Below, one piece after another: positions 42,688 to 55,338 of a stretch of 64,000 nt of DNA. Within the stretch, counting starts at the first letter, position 1. Each line of letters starts with the position of its first letter. The DNA lies in NCBI GenBank assembly GCA_036867785.1, contig CP145414.1, positions 372,001 through 436,000 on the forward strand, written 5' to 3'. Under the pieces are notes generated by a model. The model did no database searches, was not told where the DNA came from, and was given only the letters and a program-made list of their open reading frames with translations. The DNA is from Plasmodiophora brassicae (lineage: Eukaryota). The position numbers and the translations under genes were made by a program.

Positions 42688-44246
42688 ATGGGCTCCAAGC
42701 GTGTCGTGATCTATGTCATCGCGACTATCGTAGTCGCCGCTTGCGCTACTGGCCTCTGCGGTTTCTTTCTCTTCTCGAGCGCCAATCCCGTGGTCCAGAA
42801 CACGACATCGACCAGTACGTCGGCAAGCGATCCCAAGGCAGCGTCAACCGTCAGCGGACAAGTATATTATCGGAATCGCTTCCTAAATGTGGCCAAATTG
42901 GTGGCAACGGCTGGGGTTGCCACGCTGGCTGCGAAGAGATTCGTTGCTCGTGTGACCCCGGCTGCGACAAGATCCAATGCTCGCGTGGCTCCGGCTGCGA
43001 TCAACCGTCGACCAGCAGCCGCGAAGAAGTCAGTACGTGTCGCTCTGGGCCTTGCCGTAAGTTGAACCGGTGTTGATGCCTGTGCGATTCGGCTCCAATG
43101 TGATTCTGTCGATACAGGGTGCCGCTACCGTGGGTGCCATGCTGCTAGCACGACGCGCAGATGATCGACCTCGTCCTGGGTCTAGCTATTATCATCGTTT
43201 TGAATCTGCGACCCCACCGACACCTTGGACGCATGCTGGGACACCTAGCGGTGGTTATCCTCCAAGGCCTGATGCCTCGCGTCCTGAAATGCCTCGATCT
43301 TCCAGTACACCTGCTAGAAGACCTGATCGTTCGCCTCCTTCTGGAGCTCGTGATCGTGGGACTCGCACAGCTGATCCTGTTCCCTGCGACATTAGTATTA
43401 CGGAGCCTGTAAGCGCCTGCATGCGGAACCTGTGTGTTGACTTTTCTGATGTCGGGATGCCGACCTTCTAGATTGAAAGCAACGAAGCTGCTCGTGAGCG
43501 GCTATTACCATACCAAGATACGCTTAAAGCGTGCGGCGAGATCAAGAAATGCATTATATGCTACGAGGACCAGCCTTGCGTGGACATGAAATGCAAACAC
43601 GCTCTGTGTTTCATGTGCGCTGGCGACCATGTACGAGACTGCCTACAGGCGCCGGCGAAACGCATTCCCGCCAAGTGCCCAATCCCCGATTGCGTCCAGG
43701 TGATCACACCCGATCAGATCGAGCCGTATCACCTGCTGAACGACAGCGACATGAAACGACTGGAACACTGGTGCGCGCGTAACAATGCGATCGCTGCATT
43801 CGAAAGCGGTGTTATCCCCTGTGTAAAGTGCAAAGCCATATTCGCAAAAGCCGATGTTGATGACAATACCCACGAGGGCACCTGCCCGCATTGCCGGGCC
43901 GAGTTCTGTCCCAACTGCCACTTCAAGCCTCATCCAGGCAGGCCATGTGCCGAAACCGTAAAGGAGTGCGTCCTTGACGAGGAAACGCGTGTCTGTCCAC
44001 GGTGCAGGGAAGGCATCTTTAGGACTGAGGGATGCGACCACATGACGTAAGGACGCCTCGCTCCGTATTTTCAGAGACCGTTAACGGATCTTCCACGTTA
44101 GGTGCAAGTGCAAGTACGAGTTCTGCTTCCAGTGTGGAATTTATTGGAACGATCGCGGGTCTGCCCACAATTTCCGAGGGTGCAAGGGGCCGTGGGGAGA
44201 TCACCCAGTTCCACCACATGCACTACGGGGCCTCTTGGCTTCGTAA
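42688..44246 (+). CDS. RBR (RING1-IBR-RING2) E3 ubiquitin ligase with an N-terminal signal peptide/anchor, 4 exons
   Basis: RING1 CIICYED...CKHALCFMC...CPIPDC, IBR CVKC...CPHCRAEFCPNCHFKPHPGRPC, RING2 CPRCREGIFRTEGCDHMT-CKCKYEFCFQC with the catalytic Cys. N-terminus MGSKRVVIYVIATIVVAACATGLCGFFLF. Confidence 0.9.
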
Positions 44247-44512
44247 CTGTGGAACTGAAGAAGTACAAGATCAATCTAACATCAGCCCATACCACACAGT
44301 TATTCGTCATCACTCATCAGGGCATCCATGGCAGCCGCGTGCAACATTGCGTTTAGGGGGAGAAATCGAGCATAGGTCTTGGTCTCGACGCGAGGCGCTC
44401 CCGGACAATATCGTCGGCTTTGCGTTTCGATAAACGCGATAAGCTCCATACGACAAGGTCTTCAATGCTGACGCCCGATGGAAACTGGTAGGAGCGCTGC
44501 AGGGCGTTCAGG

Positions 44513-46432
44513 TCAAGGACGAGCAGTTCGCGACGCGATGAAGACGATACTTGAGAGACGTTGCTGATTACATGGCGCAGCGCTCGACAAGCCCTCGGCT
44601 GTCGACAGTCGATGACGACGACGTCGGCATCGCTGACGGATGCGGCACGAGTGCCACCTGACGACTGAATTCTGTTGTTTCACAGGTTGGGTATTGCCCA
44701 TGACGCAAACGTTGCAAATACGTACTGAAGCAGGACGCTCGACCGGTTCTGCACGCCAATTTGATGGTGAATAAATATCGATTTCCCTGCCACCAAACGT
44801 GAGCGTACACGTGAAGGTCGATAATTGCAGACGACCTTGTAAATCAATTAGAGGTGCTGCAGCGGCAGGTTCAGCAGGAGTCGTTGCAACGACGTCAGGC
44901 TCCAAACGGGGAGGTGGAAAGTTCTCACCCTTGGGGACTTCAGCATCGGCAGCCGTCCTGAGAGCCAGCTTCCGGAAGAAGCCGCTCTGTCCCACAGCGC
45001 GCAGTCTGTTGTCTCGTCCTAACACTTTGGCGATGCTCTGCGGTTAGAACAGTTAGCGACGTGAAGCCGGCAAGAGAGCCAACGCCATACGCACTCGAGC
45101 AAACTGTTCTCCGGTCAGTTCATTCGAGAAGTCAAACGGCGCAACTGACGCGTAAACAGCCCTAGGAGCGACCATGTGGATGAACGCCCGAACTGTCCAC
45201 ATTGTCAGACGCTTGATCAACGGCACGCCAAAAGGCTTGACCTTCTGCAAGGCTTCAAACCCGGCCATTAGAAACGGAACAACACGGCACACAGCACACG
45301 AAGCGAAATACCTAGAATGCATCGAGTACAACACGCGGTGCAGGTTGTTCTGCGATACCACAAGATGACCCGGACTGCACATATCCCGCTGGGCAAACCA
45401 CATCGTGGTGGCCTGAATCAGTAGGGGCTTGTCATGGACATCGGGTGACGCCTGCACCAATTCACGACGCTTAGCTCGATGGACGGCTGCCACTAGGACG
45501 GGAAACAAGCCTACCGATGTTGCCATGTACTGAGACAATTGTTTGCGCCCACAGACGTGAAAGCGCAGAGAGGACTCAATGCTGCATATGGACTTGAAGA
45601 ATGTTAGCGAAGTTAAAACGCGAAGCTCGAAGCTAACGCAAAGTGTAAGACGCACTCAGCGAGAAGCCGTGCGTGATCCAACCTTGCGGGATCGAAATAC
45701 AGCCGCGTTCGATATCGCTTTTGAATCGCCTTCAGGATAGGTTCGGCACCCAAGGGAAGCAAACAGAAAACGATACGCGTAGCAGTTGGGTTTGCATCAA
45801 TCAACTGGAACACGGCGTCTATAGATTCCTGCTGGCTCGGAAATGTCGAGCACGTACTCGAACAGAATGTGCAATCAACCTAAACCATTCGCCGTTGGTC
45901 AGCAGGGCCAAGAAATTATCATTCGCTGTCGCTGACGATTAGAGCGTCAAGCTGGGCAGCTCCGACGTACGACTTGACAGTCTCAGCAACAGACTCGTTG
46001 CCGAATCTAGCGTCGCCTGTGTGCAATACACGTCCGATCCACGGCGACTCCAACAGGACCATGACCGAACCAGAGCAATGCCCGGCATCAAACATCGTGA
46101 AGCACAGGTCGTGATCCGGCTTCACGGGCACCATCTGCCACTCCTCGAGGTTACACCCACGAACTTGGTCCGAATCGAAACCGAAACGTGCAAGAAGCAA
46201 CGATCTAGTCGGATGGCTGCAATATATAATCCCAGAATTAAAGCTCGCTGACAGGCCTTGCATGTGATCTAAACCGTAGATTGGGGTCAACAGGCTCCCG
46301 TAGAGATTGCACACAGCCCTTACCGGAATGGAAATGCGTCAGGAAATACACGCCGCCGCTTCCGCATTGCGCCCATTCGTCGACGAATATCGAGAACCGG
46401 CGCAGGCCTTGGTACCCGTCACGAACGGGCAT
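44513..46432 (-). CDS. Metallo-beta-lactamase/beta-CASP DNA repair nuclease (DCLRE1: SNM1/Apollo/Artemis family)
   Basis: YFLTHFHS-DHMQGL, IYCSHPT, FDAGHCSGSVMVL, LHTGDAR, VDCTFC, LYSMHS. Confidence 0.9.
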
Positions 46433-46531
46433 GTCGTCGCGGCATGCGGGGCCGTCAGCAGAGGTCGCGCCCAACGCGGACCCTGCGGAGTCCGAGACGG
46501 ACACCGTGACGGACAACGACACTGGGCGGCC

Positions 46532-47566
46532 ATGGCCAGCGCCCCAGAAGCGTCACGTTCGAACGTGCTCGCCTGTCAGTTCCATCGCTGGTACCCGGAA
46601 CATCGACGATGGACGATTCGCAGCCGTGTTCTGGATTTGTCGCCGGAGTTCGTCGAGTATCTGAACGCCGATGGCTTCGTGCTGCCGACGGCGGCGATGG
46701 ATCGGTGCGCGAACGATTCAGACTCATCATCCTGGAGCGAGTCCGGTGATGATGGGAATGCCCCTGGCCGGGGAGTCATGCAGGAGCCCGGGGTCGACCT
46801 TCCTGAAATCGAACTGATACGAAGTGAGATCGAGAAGCTGGGCGGCGCTGTCATCCCAAAGTTGAACTGGAGCAGCCCGCGCGACGCCACCTGGATCGCC
46901 TGCGATGGCACCATGAAATGCGTAACGCCTGCCGACGTCCTGCTTCTGCTTAAGGCGTCCGATTTCATTCAGCACGATCTGACGCAACCGTTCGAGGCGT
47001 GCGTCGATGCCGCCGACGATGCTCGGCCCGTCGAGTACAAGCTTGTCCTGCGTCAGTGGGCACATCTGGTGCAATCTCGCGAGTTCCGCTGTTTCATTCG
47101 GGATCGACGCATCGTGGCGATCTCGCAACGCGACCGCCTGAATTACTATGCCCACCTGAACCAGGACGGTGCTCGGGAATGCCTCCGTCGCGCTATTGAC
47201 GACTTCTATCGTCGCCGGATACGCGACACGTTCCCGGAAGAGAACTATGTGATGGACGTCTACGTCGACGGTGACGATGTCGTGTTCCTCATCGATTTCA
47301 ACCCGTTCTCGGTGGTTACAGACGCGTTGCTGTTCACCTGGCCAGAACTGATGCGCCTCGGCTCATCATCGTCGCATTGCGAATTTCGCATTGTCGAACA
47401 ACAGCCTGCGTTGGGCCCCTCCGAGACAATGTCGTATGGGTTCCCACAGGACGTACTGCAGATGAATTCCGCCGAAGCCATCGAACGATTCGCCACCGAC
47501 TATCGCAATGGCGCATTTCGGGAGGAACACTCGGACGATGACGATTCAATTTCCCAGGATCCATGA
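46532..47566 (+). CDS. CDC123: Cell division cycle protein 123 (D123, eIF2 assembly factor), intronless
   Basis: CQFHRWYP, GGAVIPKLNWSSPRDATWI, LLLKASDFIQHDL, EFRCFIR...AISQRD, LIDFNPF...TDALLFTW. Confidence 0.95.
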   Translation: MASAPEASRSNVLACQFHRWYPEHRRWTIRSRVLDLSPEFVEYLNADGFVLPTAAMDRCANDSDSSSWSESGDDGNAPGRGVMQEPGVDLPEIELIRSEIEKLGGAVIPKLNWSSPRDATWIACDGTMKCVTPADVLLLLKASDFIQHDLTQPFEACVDAADDARPVEYKLVLRQWAHLVQSREFRCFIRDRRIVAISQRDRLNYYAHLNQDGARECLRRAIDDFYRRRIRDTFPEENYVMDVYVDGDDVVFLIDFNPFSVVTDALLFTWPELMRLGSSSSHCEFRIVEQQPALGPSETMSYGFPQDVLQMNSAEAIERFATDYRNGAFREEHSDDDDSISQDP

Positions 47567-47607
47567 GGTTAATATAGGGTACAACACTTGTAGACCACCT
47601 ACGTAGA

Positions 47608-47910
47608 TCAGTCGGATTTCTTCGCCTCCTCCTTGGCATACAACGCGATGATATCGTGGCGGTGTCGCCGCCATGCACACACGGTGATCGCCAGCAGGCC
47701 CAACAAAATCACGACGAGAACGCCAATGACGTACGCCTGGCATCGCATCACTCGCTGGTAAGCAACCGAACCGTCCGCCCTAGCCCAGACCTGATTGGCG
47801 GGGTCCTGAAACCAGGTCGTGCCGGGACCGGCCTTGGTCTCCATCGACGACGGCACGCTCGTCCCGATCTGCTCGTCGATGTCATCCCGGATGTAAATGT
47901 GGTCCGACAT
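47608..47910 (-). CDS. Hypothetical single-TM protein (100 aa)
   Basis: TM segment YVIGVLVVILLGLLAITVCAW followed by RRHR. Confidence 0.55.
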   Translation of the reverse strand: MSDHIYIRDDIDEQIGTSVPSSMETKAGPGTTWFQDPANQVWARADGSVAYQRVMRCQAYVIGVLVVILLGLLAITVCAWRRHRHDIIALYAKEEAKKSD

Positions 47911-48025
47911 CGCCCTGCGCAACCGAACCCCGAAATGCGGGAACGCAACAGCAACGCCATGCAAGCAACACACGATTCTCTATTTCGTGTAGTGGTGAGG
48001 GACGCGTTCCCCGATCTGATTGTCG

Positions 48026-49720
48026 TCAGCGAGACGAAAACTGCATGACGTGGCAGTCGAGGTTGCGCAGGTTCAGGAGGACGACCTGCCCTGTGGTGGC
48101 GAACGCGGGGACCGCGATCAGCCGAACCCGCTCGCCGTGCGCGCCTTCGACGATACGAGTGTCGAACTGTTGGACAGGCTGTCAGACGCACGTGGACCTG
48201 GACGGTTGGATCGTTTCGACGAACGCTGGGTTGGTTGCCCGCAAAGTAGACGTGCGGCACGCTCTTGATCACAAACGGGTCGTGGTCGTTGAACGGGAAC
48301 CCGTAGAGAGTATCGGGGCAGGTCGGCGCAATGACTCGCCACATAAGCGTCTGCTCCAGGATATCTAGTCGGCTGAGCCCATCGACATAGTCGGCAATGT
48401 CGGTAACGTTTTGACCTTCGTACCGATGTCAGACGACTCCCAGCAGGTGCGTACGCGCAAGCCTTGACCTGATGTCCCAAGTACCATAACGCCATCGAGT
48501 GTCATGCTGCACGGGTTAGTGATACGATGCATTGTCGCCAGCGCAGAGGAGCGCGGCAGAAGCAGATGGTGGATGGGCTGTTGCGGAACCGCGACGTTCG
48601 TCGGATCGAGTGGTCCAGGAAGGATGTCAACGTCTACACTGCTGCACAGCTGCTCAAGAAACCTGCACCAGTTCAGTGGGTATTCGATATGGACTGAGAT
48701 ACGCGACGACGTACAAATCTAGGGATTGCAACGCGTTCGCAATCTGGGACGTTTCCGCCTTCATTGTCCACTTCGTTCGAACCTCGTTGCGGTCGGTTGT
48801 ATCAGTGCGCTCCCTGATCGAATCCCCGCAGATGACGACACGAGCAACGTCGCGCATGACGCATCGCTCAGCATCAGAGCCAATAGCGCCCGTAATGTAG
48901 TCGACCAGGAGCTGCGGAAGGATGGACGTCCCCCCGGCTTGCAAGCCAGACACGAGGACAACAAGTTTGTCCCTAGACACAACGGGAAACGGAGCCTGGT
49001 CCGAGACGCCTGCAACAATCGTCTCAAAGACTTGAAACTGGCCGGACGACGGCTGCAGCCGGCCGCGAACGGCAAGAACAACGCCAGTGACCAGGCGCCG
49101 AACATTGATCCCATCACCGGTCAACAGGAGCCTAGCATGTTCGTCCTCGAGTTCGACGGTGTCGTCCTCAGCGACGTAGCAACCGGTCAAAGCATGGGCT
49201 GACACCCGCGTTTCGTTGACGACGGGCTGTTACGGGCACGAATGAGATTGCAATCGCCTCTGCACAGACAAGGCCGATTTCGACACCAACGTCTGTCATA
49301 TACTCGTCCAGGACGCACGGTTTCAGCTTCATGTTCTTATAGATGGTGCCAACGATGATGCAGTCGATCTCGGGATCAACATCCAGCAGAGTGGAGCAGA
49401 GCTTGACCTGACAGAGGTTAGCGAGGGAAGGCGATACTGGGCGCACGCCGGGTCACCTTCCGTTCGTCAAGGCCGCTGGAGGACAACCGCTCGATGATTT
49501 TCGATCTCAGCAGCACCAGACGCGCGAAATAGATCGATGCATACTGCTGGGCGAACTGCATCTTCGAGATGGCGAACGTGTCGCCGTCCGTCGTGACATC
49601 CATCGTCGGGCGACGATACTCCTGGTCATCGTCCGGGCGGTCGCGCAACAGATCCTCCAGGCATCGTGGCTCGGACCGTCCGCCACCGGGATCCGCCCTC
49701 CACAAACCCGTCGACGTCAT
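48026..49720 (-). CDS. POLD2: DNA polymerase delta subunit 2
   Basis: QQYASIYFARL, VGTIYKNMKLKPCVLDE, LEDEHARL, LVTGVVLAVRG, PGPLDPTNVAVPQQPIH, GTSGQNV, WRVIAPTCPDTL, DPFVIKSVPHVYFAGNQP. Confidence 0.95.
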
Positions 49721-50065
49721 CGCCGCGGCGCCCGATTCGTAAAGCCGCCAGGCAGCCGGATCCCGCAAACGTTGGCCAAGACTTACTTCCGCGAATCTGT
49801 TCAACTGTTTACCGAGCCACAGTGTGGCGTGAAGGGTTGCTGCCGTACTCGAACGGCACCTCTTCCGCATTGGCCAGGCCAGTCATTCGTCCTGTGCTGT
49901 TCCGACTTGGATGCGGACACGGCCGACAAAGAATGGCTCTGTGAGAAAACGAATATGGAACGGTCCAGTTGGACTATTATTATATTCGTTACCGTTGTTG
50001 GGATCCGTTTGCGGCTAGCCGACTGTTATGCGAACACCGTCGCAGTCGGCGTCGCGGTTAGCACG

Positions 50066-53000
50066 ATGTCGACCGGCGACTGGCAGCTCTTGTACGAGCG
50101 GTACTATCGGCGTCGGCACCTGTACGACATGGCGTGGCCCAGGCCGATACAGCTGAGCGCCGCATCGCGTCTGGTGTTCTTCGAGGCGGCCAGCTTCGGG
50201 GGACCGTTTGGTATGCGCTGCGATTGCCCCGCCGGCGGTTACGCGCTGACACTTGGCGTTAGCGTATCTGAACCTTTCTGGGCCGAAAGCACGGCCCGAA
50301 ATGCAGATCTATACGTCGTCGGGGATCTTGATCTCGTCTTTCTCTGTAGCGCGCCCCGATTATGCTAACCGTTGGCTCGGGTTGTTGACAGTCGTACGTA
50401 GTGGAAGCATGCGAACTTGCTGAAGATGGGTTGGTCGAACGATCAGTCCCTAGTCTGCGTGAACAATGACGGCCGTGTCTTTGTCTTTTCAATTCACGGC
50501 GACTTGATCACCCAGTTTACTCTGGGCAAAGTATGTGCACGATTGAAATCGGCCCTGCGATTGTTGTTCTGAAATGCCCTCCGTGTATAGGAAGCGTCGA
50601 CGCATGGATTATGCGACTGTTGCATAACTGGGGATTGTATCGTCGCTGTCACAGACGTAAGCCGTGTTCGGAATTTCCCAATTTCTTCGTCCCATTCATT
50701 CGGCAGCATAGACTACGTTTGAGCTGATATACTTCCATGGAATTAGTAATCCCGTACGTATGCCTCTGGCACAGCCGGACCTGCATCGTGAACCACCGTC
50801 CTCCATGGTTGTTGTCCCTGGTAACGGATCACCGTTCGGTGTCAGCCCGTCGTTTGATGCCCTCAACTCCCCGCCAAGTTCTCCGACCGGGGCGCCCCCG
50901 AGTGGAATCATCGTTATCGTCGGAACACAATCTGGCACAATTATCAAAGTCGAGGAATCAAGTGCAGAGGACCAGGTATGCCCTTCACGTGTTCTCTGTT
51001 CGTCTTCGATATTCGCGGTTAAACGTGGATTGCAGATGCTTTCCGGTGGACCGTTCGTTCAGATGGCTCTGTCACCGGATGGGACGAGGCTGGCCTGCTT
51101 TGGAGCGTCTGGAACGCTGCACTGTTTGACGAGCGATTTCAAACGGAACATTTTCGAGTTTGGAACAACGTCAGCGCAGGCACCGCTGCAGATGGCATGG
51201 TGCACTAACCATGCTGTTGTGCTGACGTTCGAGCATGTTCGTAATAAGGAGGCTGTCGCATCATGGCAACTGGTTTTAACATCATGAACAGCACATCCTG
51301 CTTGTCGGCGAGCTCGGCTATAATTTCGTATCTCTACCTTATGACACTCCAACACGTATTGCACCGGAGATCGACGGCGTTCGAATCGTAACCGCTTCGA
51401 CGTGTGAGTTCCTGGAACAAGTACCAAAGTCAACCGAATCCCTTTTCACGATCGGGAGCATTGCACCTGGCGCCATGCTTTACGACGCCGCTGAGGCACT
51501 TGAGAAACGAATACCGAACGCCGATGAGAACATTCGAACGATTATCGCCGATCCATCTGTTGTCAAAGAGGCCATCCAGACCTGTTTGCACGCTGCTCAG
51601 CGCGAGTTCGATGTTCGTCTGCAGAAGCGACTGCTGAAGGCGGCTTCGATCGGGAAGTTGTTCTTCGACACTTCCGACAACGCGGACGGGCCCGATCATG
51701 ATCTCGATCCCGACCTTATCCGCAACGTCGTCCAGACGCTGCGAATGCTGAACACCCTCCGGTCAGAAGGCAGTATCGCGATTCCGTTGACCTTTGACCA
51801 GTTGGAGGCTCTTACACCTTCAGTCCTTATAGACCGTCTGCTCCAGAGGAATCGTGAGTACAGCGGATATCGGTTGTTCATCGGTTCGTCAGATGCTAAC
51901 TGGTGTGCAGAGCACGTGCTGTGTCTGAAGATATGTGAAGCTCTGAACCTGGACAGCAAGAGGGTGCTTCTGCACTGGGCGATCGCTAAAGTTAATCAGA
52001 GCCGCAGTGACGTCGTGCCGACCCAACACGAAGAAGTGCAACTGGCGCGGTTGATTGTCAAGCGCCTTAGCATAGTCCCAAGTATGTCTTTGGCCCCGAT
52101 TGCAACGGCTGCATTTCGCGCGCACCGCCCCGTGCTTGCCATCACGCTTTGTGACAACGAGAAACGGCCATCTGCGCAAGTGCCTCTTCTCATATCCATG
52201 AATGAAGAGGAGCGGGCCCTGGATAAAGCCATCGCAAGCGGGGACACCGATCTCAGTACGGAATTCATTGCTTGCGATGCCATTAGCCACGTTTTCTGAC
52301 TGAATGTTTAGTTTTCCTTTGCCTGCAACACCTGAGACGGAGCCGCTCGCACAGTGCCCTGTTCAGTATGCTTCAGACACGGCCTTTGGCGCAATCGCTG
52401 CTCATCGAATATGCTCGCCAATCCGGACAGATGGATTTGCTGAAGAATGCTCTGTACGCGCTGCAGATGACTCGTCCTGCGGCTAATCTCGCCGTCCAGC
52501 AGGTTCAGCAGATTTCGGATTCTGTGTTGGGTCGTAATGCTGACTGGCACGGGCAGGCCTACAAACAGGAGCATTTGACAGAGCGGCTCAAGGGGCTCCA
52601 GCTGGCCGCCCAGTTTTACTATCAAGACAAACGTGACCCTTTCTGGGGGACCTCCGCCGACGATCAGATCAAACTGCTGCAGGTGCAGTCGCGCCTGGAA
52701 GCAGAGTCGGCAACGGCGACTCCTCTCGTCGACCGGTCCGTCAGTGAAACGATCGATGCTTTCCTAGCGGAGGGTAAAGTGACCCAGGCATCCAAACTAC
52801 AGCAAATGTTCAAAGTGCCGGCTAAACGGTCAGTAGCACGGGACGTTTGCGTTGCACTCCCTGATGTGGCACAGATTCTGGCACATTCAGGTTCAGGTGT
52901 ACGCGAGAACAATGCAGTGGGCGGCGCTTTACGCTTTGGTTGACGGGCGCAAGACGCCCCCGATCGGTTTCGCCCCCTTCGTCGAGGCATGCATTGCCAA

Positions 53001-53211
53001 TGGCAACCTCGACGAGGCGGTTCGCTATGTCGCCCTGCTTCCGGACACCGCCGACCGCATGGAATGGCTATGCAACATGGGTCGATGGAAAGACGCCGTC
53101 CAGGTCGCTGTTGCGACGCACGACCTGGACGCCCTGCGTACCATCCAGTCGAACTGTGCCGAACCTGACGTACTCGAGATCGTCGAGAAAGCAATCAAAC
53201 GACTGTCCTAA
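50066..53211 (+). CDS. VPS16: Vacuolar protein sorting-associated protein 16
   Basis: DWQLLYERYYRRRHLYDMAW...AASFGGPF, QMAWC, PEIDGVRI, LQKRLLKAASIGK, VLLHWA, QVPLLISMNEEERALDKAIASGDTDL, FKVPAKRFW, PPIGFAPFVEAC. Confidence 0.95.
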
Positions 53212-53428
53212 TCTAATCAGATATGGTATCGGCAGACAACGGAGCATCCCGTATGGTTCATCCGTTAGTACCTGACGTCGCTTCCGTATGCCTCATGCCG
53301 TCTGCCGAATATCAATCTTCTAGTCTTTCAGCGGCCTGTACTTTAGGCGGTTTCTACTGCATGAGCCCATGGACACAATGGCACAATTCTGGTTCACGAG
53401 CAGGAATTCCTACTGTTTTACAACCTAA

Positions 53429-55088
53429 CTATGCTCCGATGACGAACTTGGTCGTAAAGTAGAACGCTGCTAGGTAGGCGGCAATCGATCCGGTCAGAGC
53501 GATGTCGAACGTGACCGGCTTTACGCGGAACGAGCTCATCGTCTTTTGAACCGTGCTGGGCGGGTCCGCGTAGAAAACGAACGAGCTGGCATCTAGCGCA
53601 TGCGTTTCCAGAGAGACGTCGCTCAAGTAGTTCTCCATCTCCTTTCGAAGTTCGCTGGCGAACGCGTTATCCGACGACAGCAGTGGGCCCACCCTCGGCT
53701 TCGACGCCAGGTAGTTAATCCATTCGGAAATGAACGCCTCGCTGACGGCGCTGGTGCCCTATAGCACAGCGTTACAACCACAACTAGGATATCATCAGCC
53801 AAGGGGACATACGGCGGCGATACCACGAGCGTGTTCTCCCCACATGAATCGCCCTAGCGCCTCGGCAACCGTGGCAGTGTTCCGAACAACGTCCTCGATT
53901 CGAACAGACGAGTCGACAATGGACGCCAGGGCAGAGTTACGCTGTTCGCGGCCGGATATCGTCACTGCGACCAGACCATGCCTACAGACCCCTGGTCAGA
54001 TACCTGACTCAAAACGATGCACGCTGGCCACCCGTACTCGACAAAAGGTGCATGCGCCCAGTGCTCATGGTCGCCGACCACAACCGCCACTTTCGACTTG
54101 CCCTGCCCGGCGACATCCTTGACGCCATCCTGGAAGCGAGCAAAGACGGGCGATTTCGCCGTCGAGCCGGTGACATGCACAAACAGCGAATCGCTCGCTA
54201 GCGAATCAAGGCAGACAACGAGCTGAATCGTCTCCAGTATCCCTGCATCGGCCGCCGACTGCAGCCACTTACGAGCCCCAGCAGCGTTCAGCGGGTCCCC
54301 ACCGAACAGCCCGAACAACAGCGCCGGCGCCGACGACGCATCGTGTTCAGTCGACTCAATGCGGCTAAACAGCCGCATGAGCTCCAGAAGAGCACCCACT
54401 CCGGACCCGTTCGAATCAGCGCCTTTCGAGAGCGAGGGCGATGCACTCAGCGTGTCCCATCCTGGAAATACGGTCAGGAACTCCCCGATCGACACGAGTG
54501 CAGGCAGTTACTACCAGCAACAACGGCGATCGTGTCCCGGGCGGCATTGCCCGGGTTGCCATTCAGCCATCCAACAATATTGGAGATGGGCGGGGAGCTG
54601 ACAGCGGTGGCCTCTGCGCCAGGCGTCACAAACTGATAGCGATCGCCGGATCCACTGCGAAGTTCGTTGACGACGGACTGCAGGCCATCGTCCTCGAACG
54701 CAAAGTAGATCGGCATGGGCCATTCCCGGGAGACGATCGCCGTCTCGATGCCGGCCAGATCCCTGGCAATGGCTGAAACGAATCGTCAGCATGGGTCGTC
54801 GATGCGCGCAGGCCAATGTTCCCTCATACCATTGTTCGAGATGACAATCAGGATGGCAGATGCATTCACGGCGTTGTACAGCGCCTCCGAGCCGTCGGCA
54901 GCGTGAACGACGGCGAGACGCTGCGCGTACGGCGGGCGCAACGCCGCCGGCAGGTTCACCATCGACGACCGCGACCCGAACGGCTGCCCGTCTACGTCAA
55001 ACTGCACGGCCCTGTGCACGGGGAACACATGCGCGCCAGACGCGACACCCAGCGCGACGACGATCCCCACGACGATCCCGATCATCAT
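53429..55088 (-). CDS. NCLN: Nicalin (nicastrin-like M28 pseudo-peptidase)
   Basis: Signal peptide, FPVHRAVQFDVDGQPFGSRS, PIYFAFED, NIVGWLNG, GADSNGSGVGALLELMRLFS, CLDSL, WAHAPF, C-terminal VKPVTFDIAL + TM. Confidence 0.92.
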
Positions 55089-55338
55089 GGTCGTTTGCGC
55101 AACTCCGCAGCCGCACGAGGCGAGCAACGAGCGTCCCTCCGCCGCTGACGCGAGTTGTCTTTCCCGCAGGAAACTGCAGGCCTATTCGTGGGGCGCGCTA
55201 GACTTGGCAGACTGCTGCTACCCGTTTATTGCGAGAGACTGTGGGGAAGCCACGTGCCAGGGACGTGCTGCGAAAGCAACGCGGTCTGCATGCACTGTGG
55301 CCCAGCGGAAACTGCGTGACTGCGAGCTGCAGAGTTTC

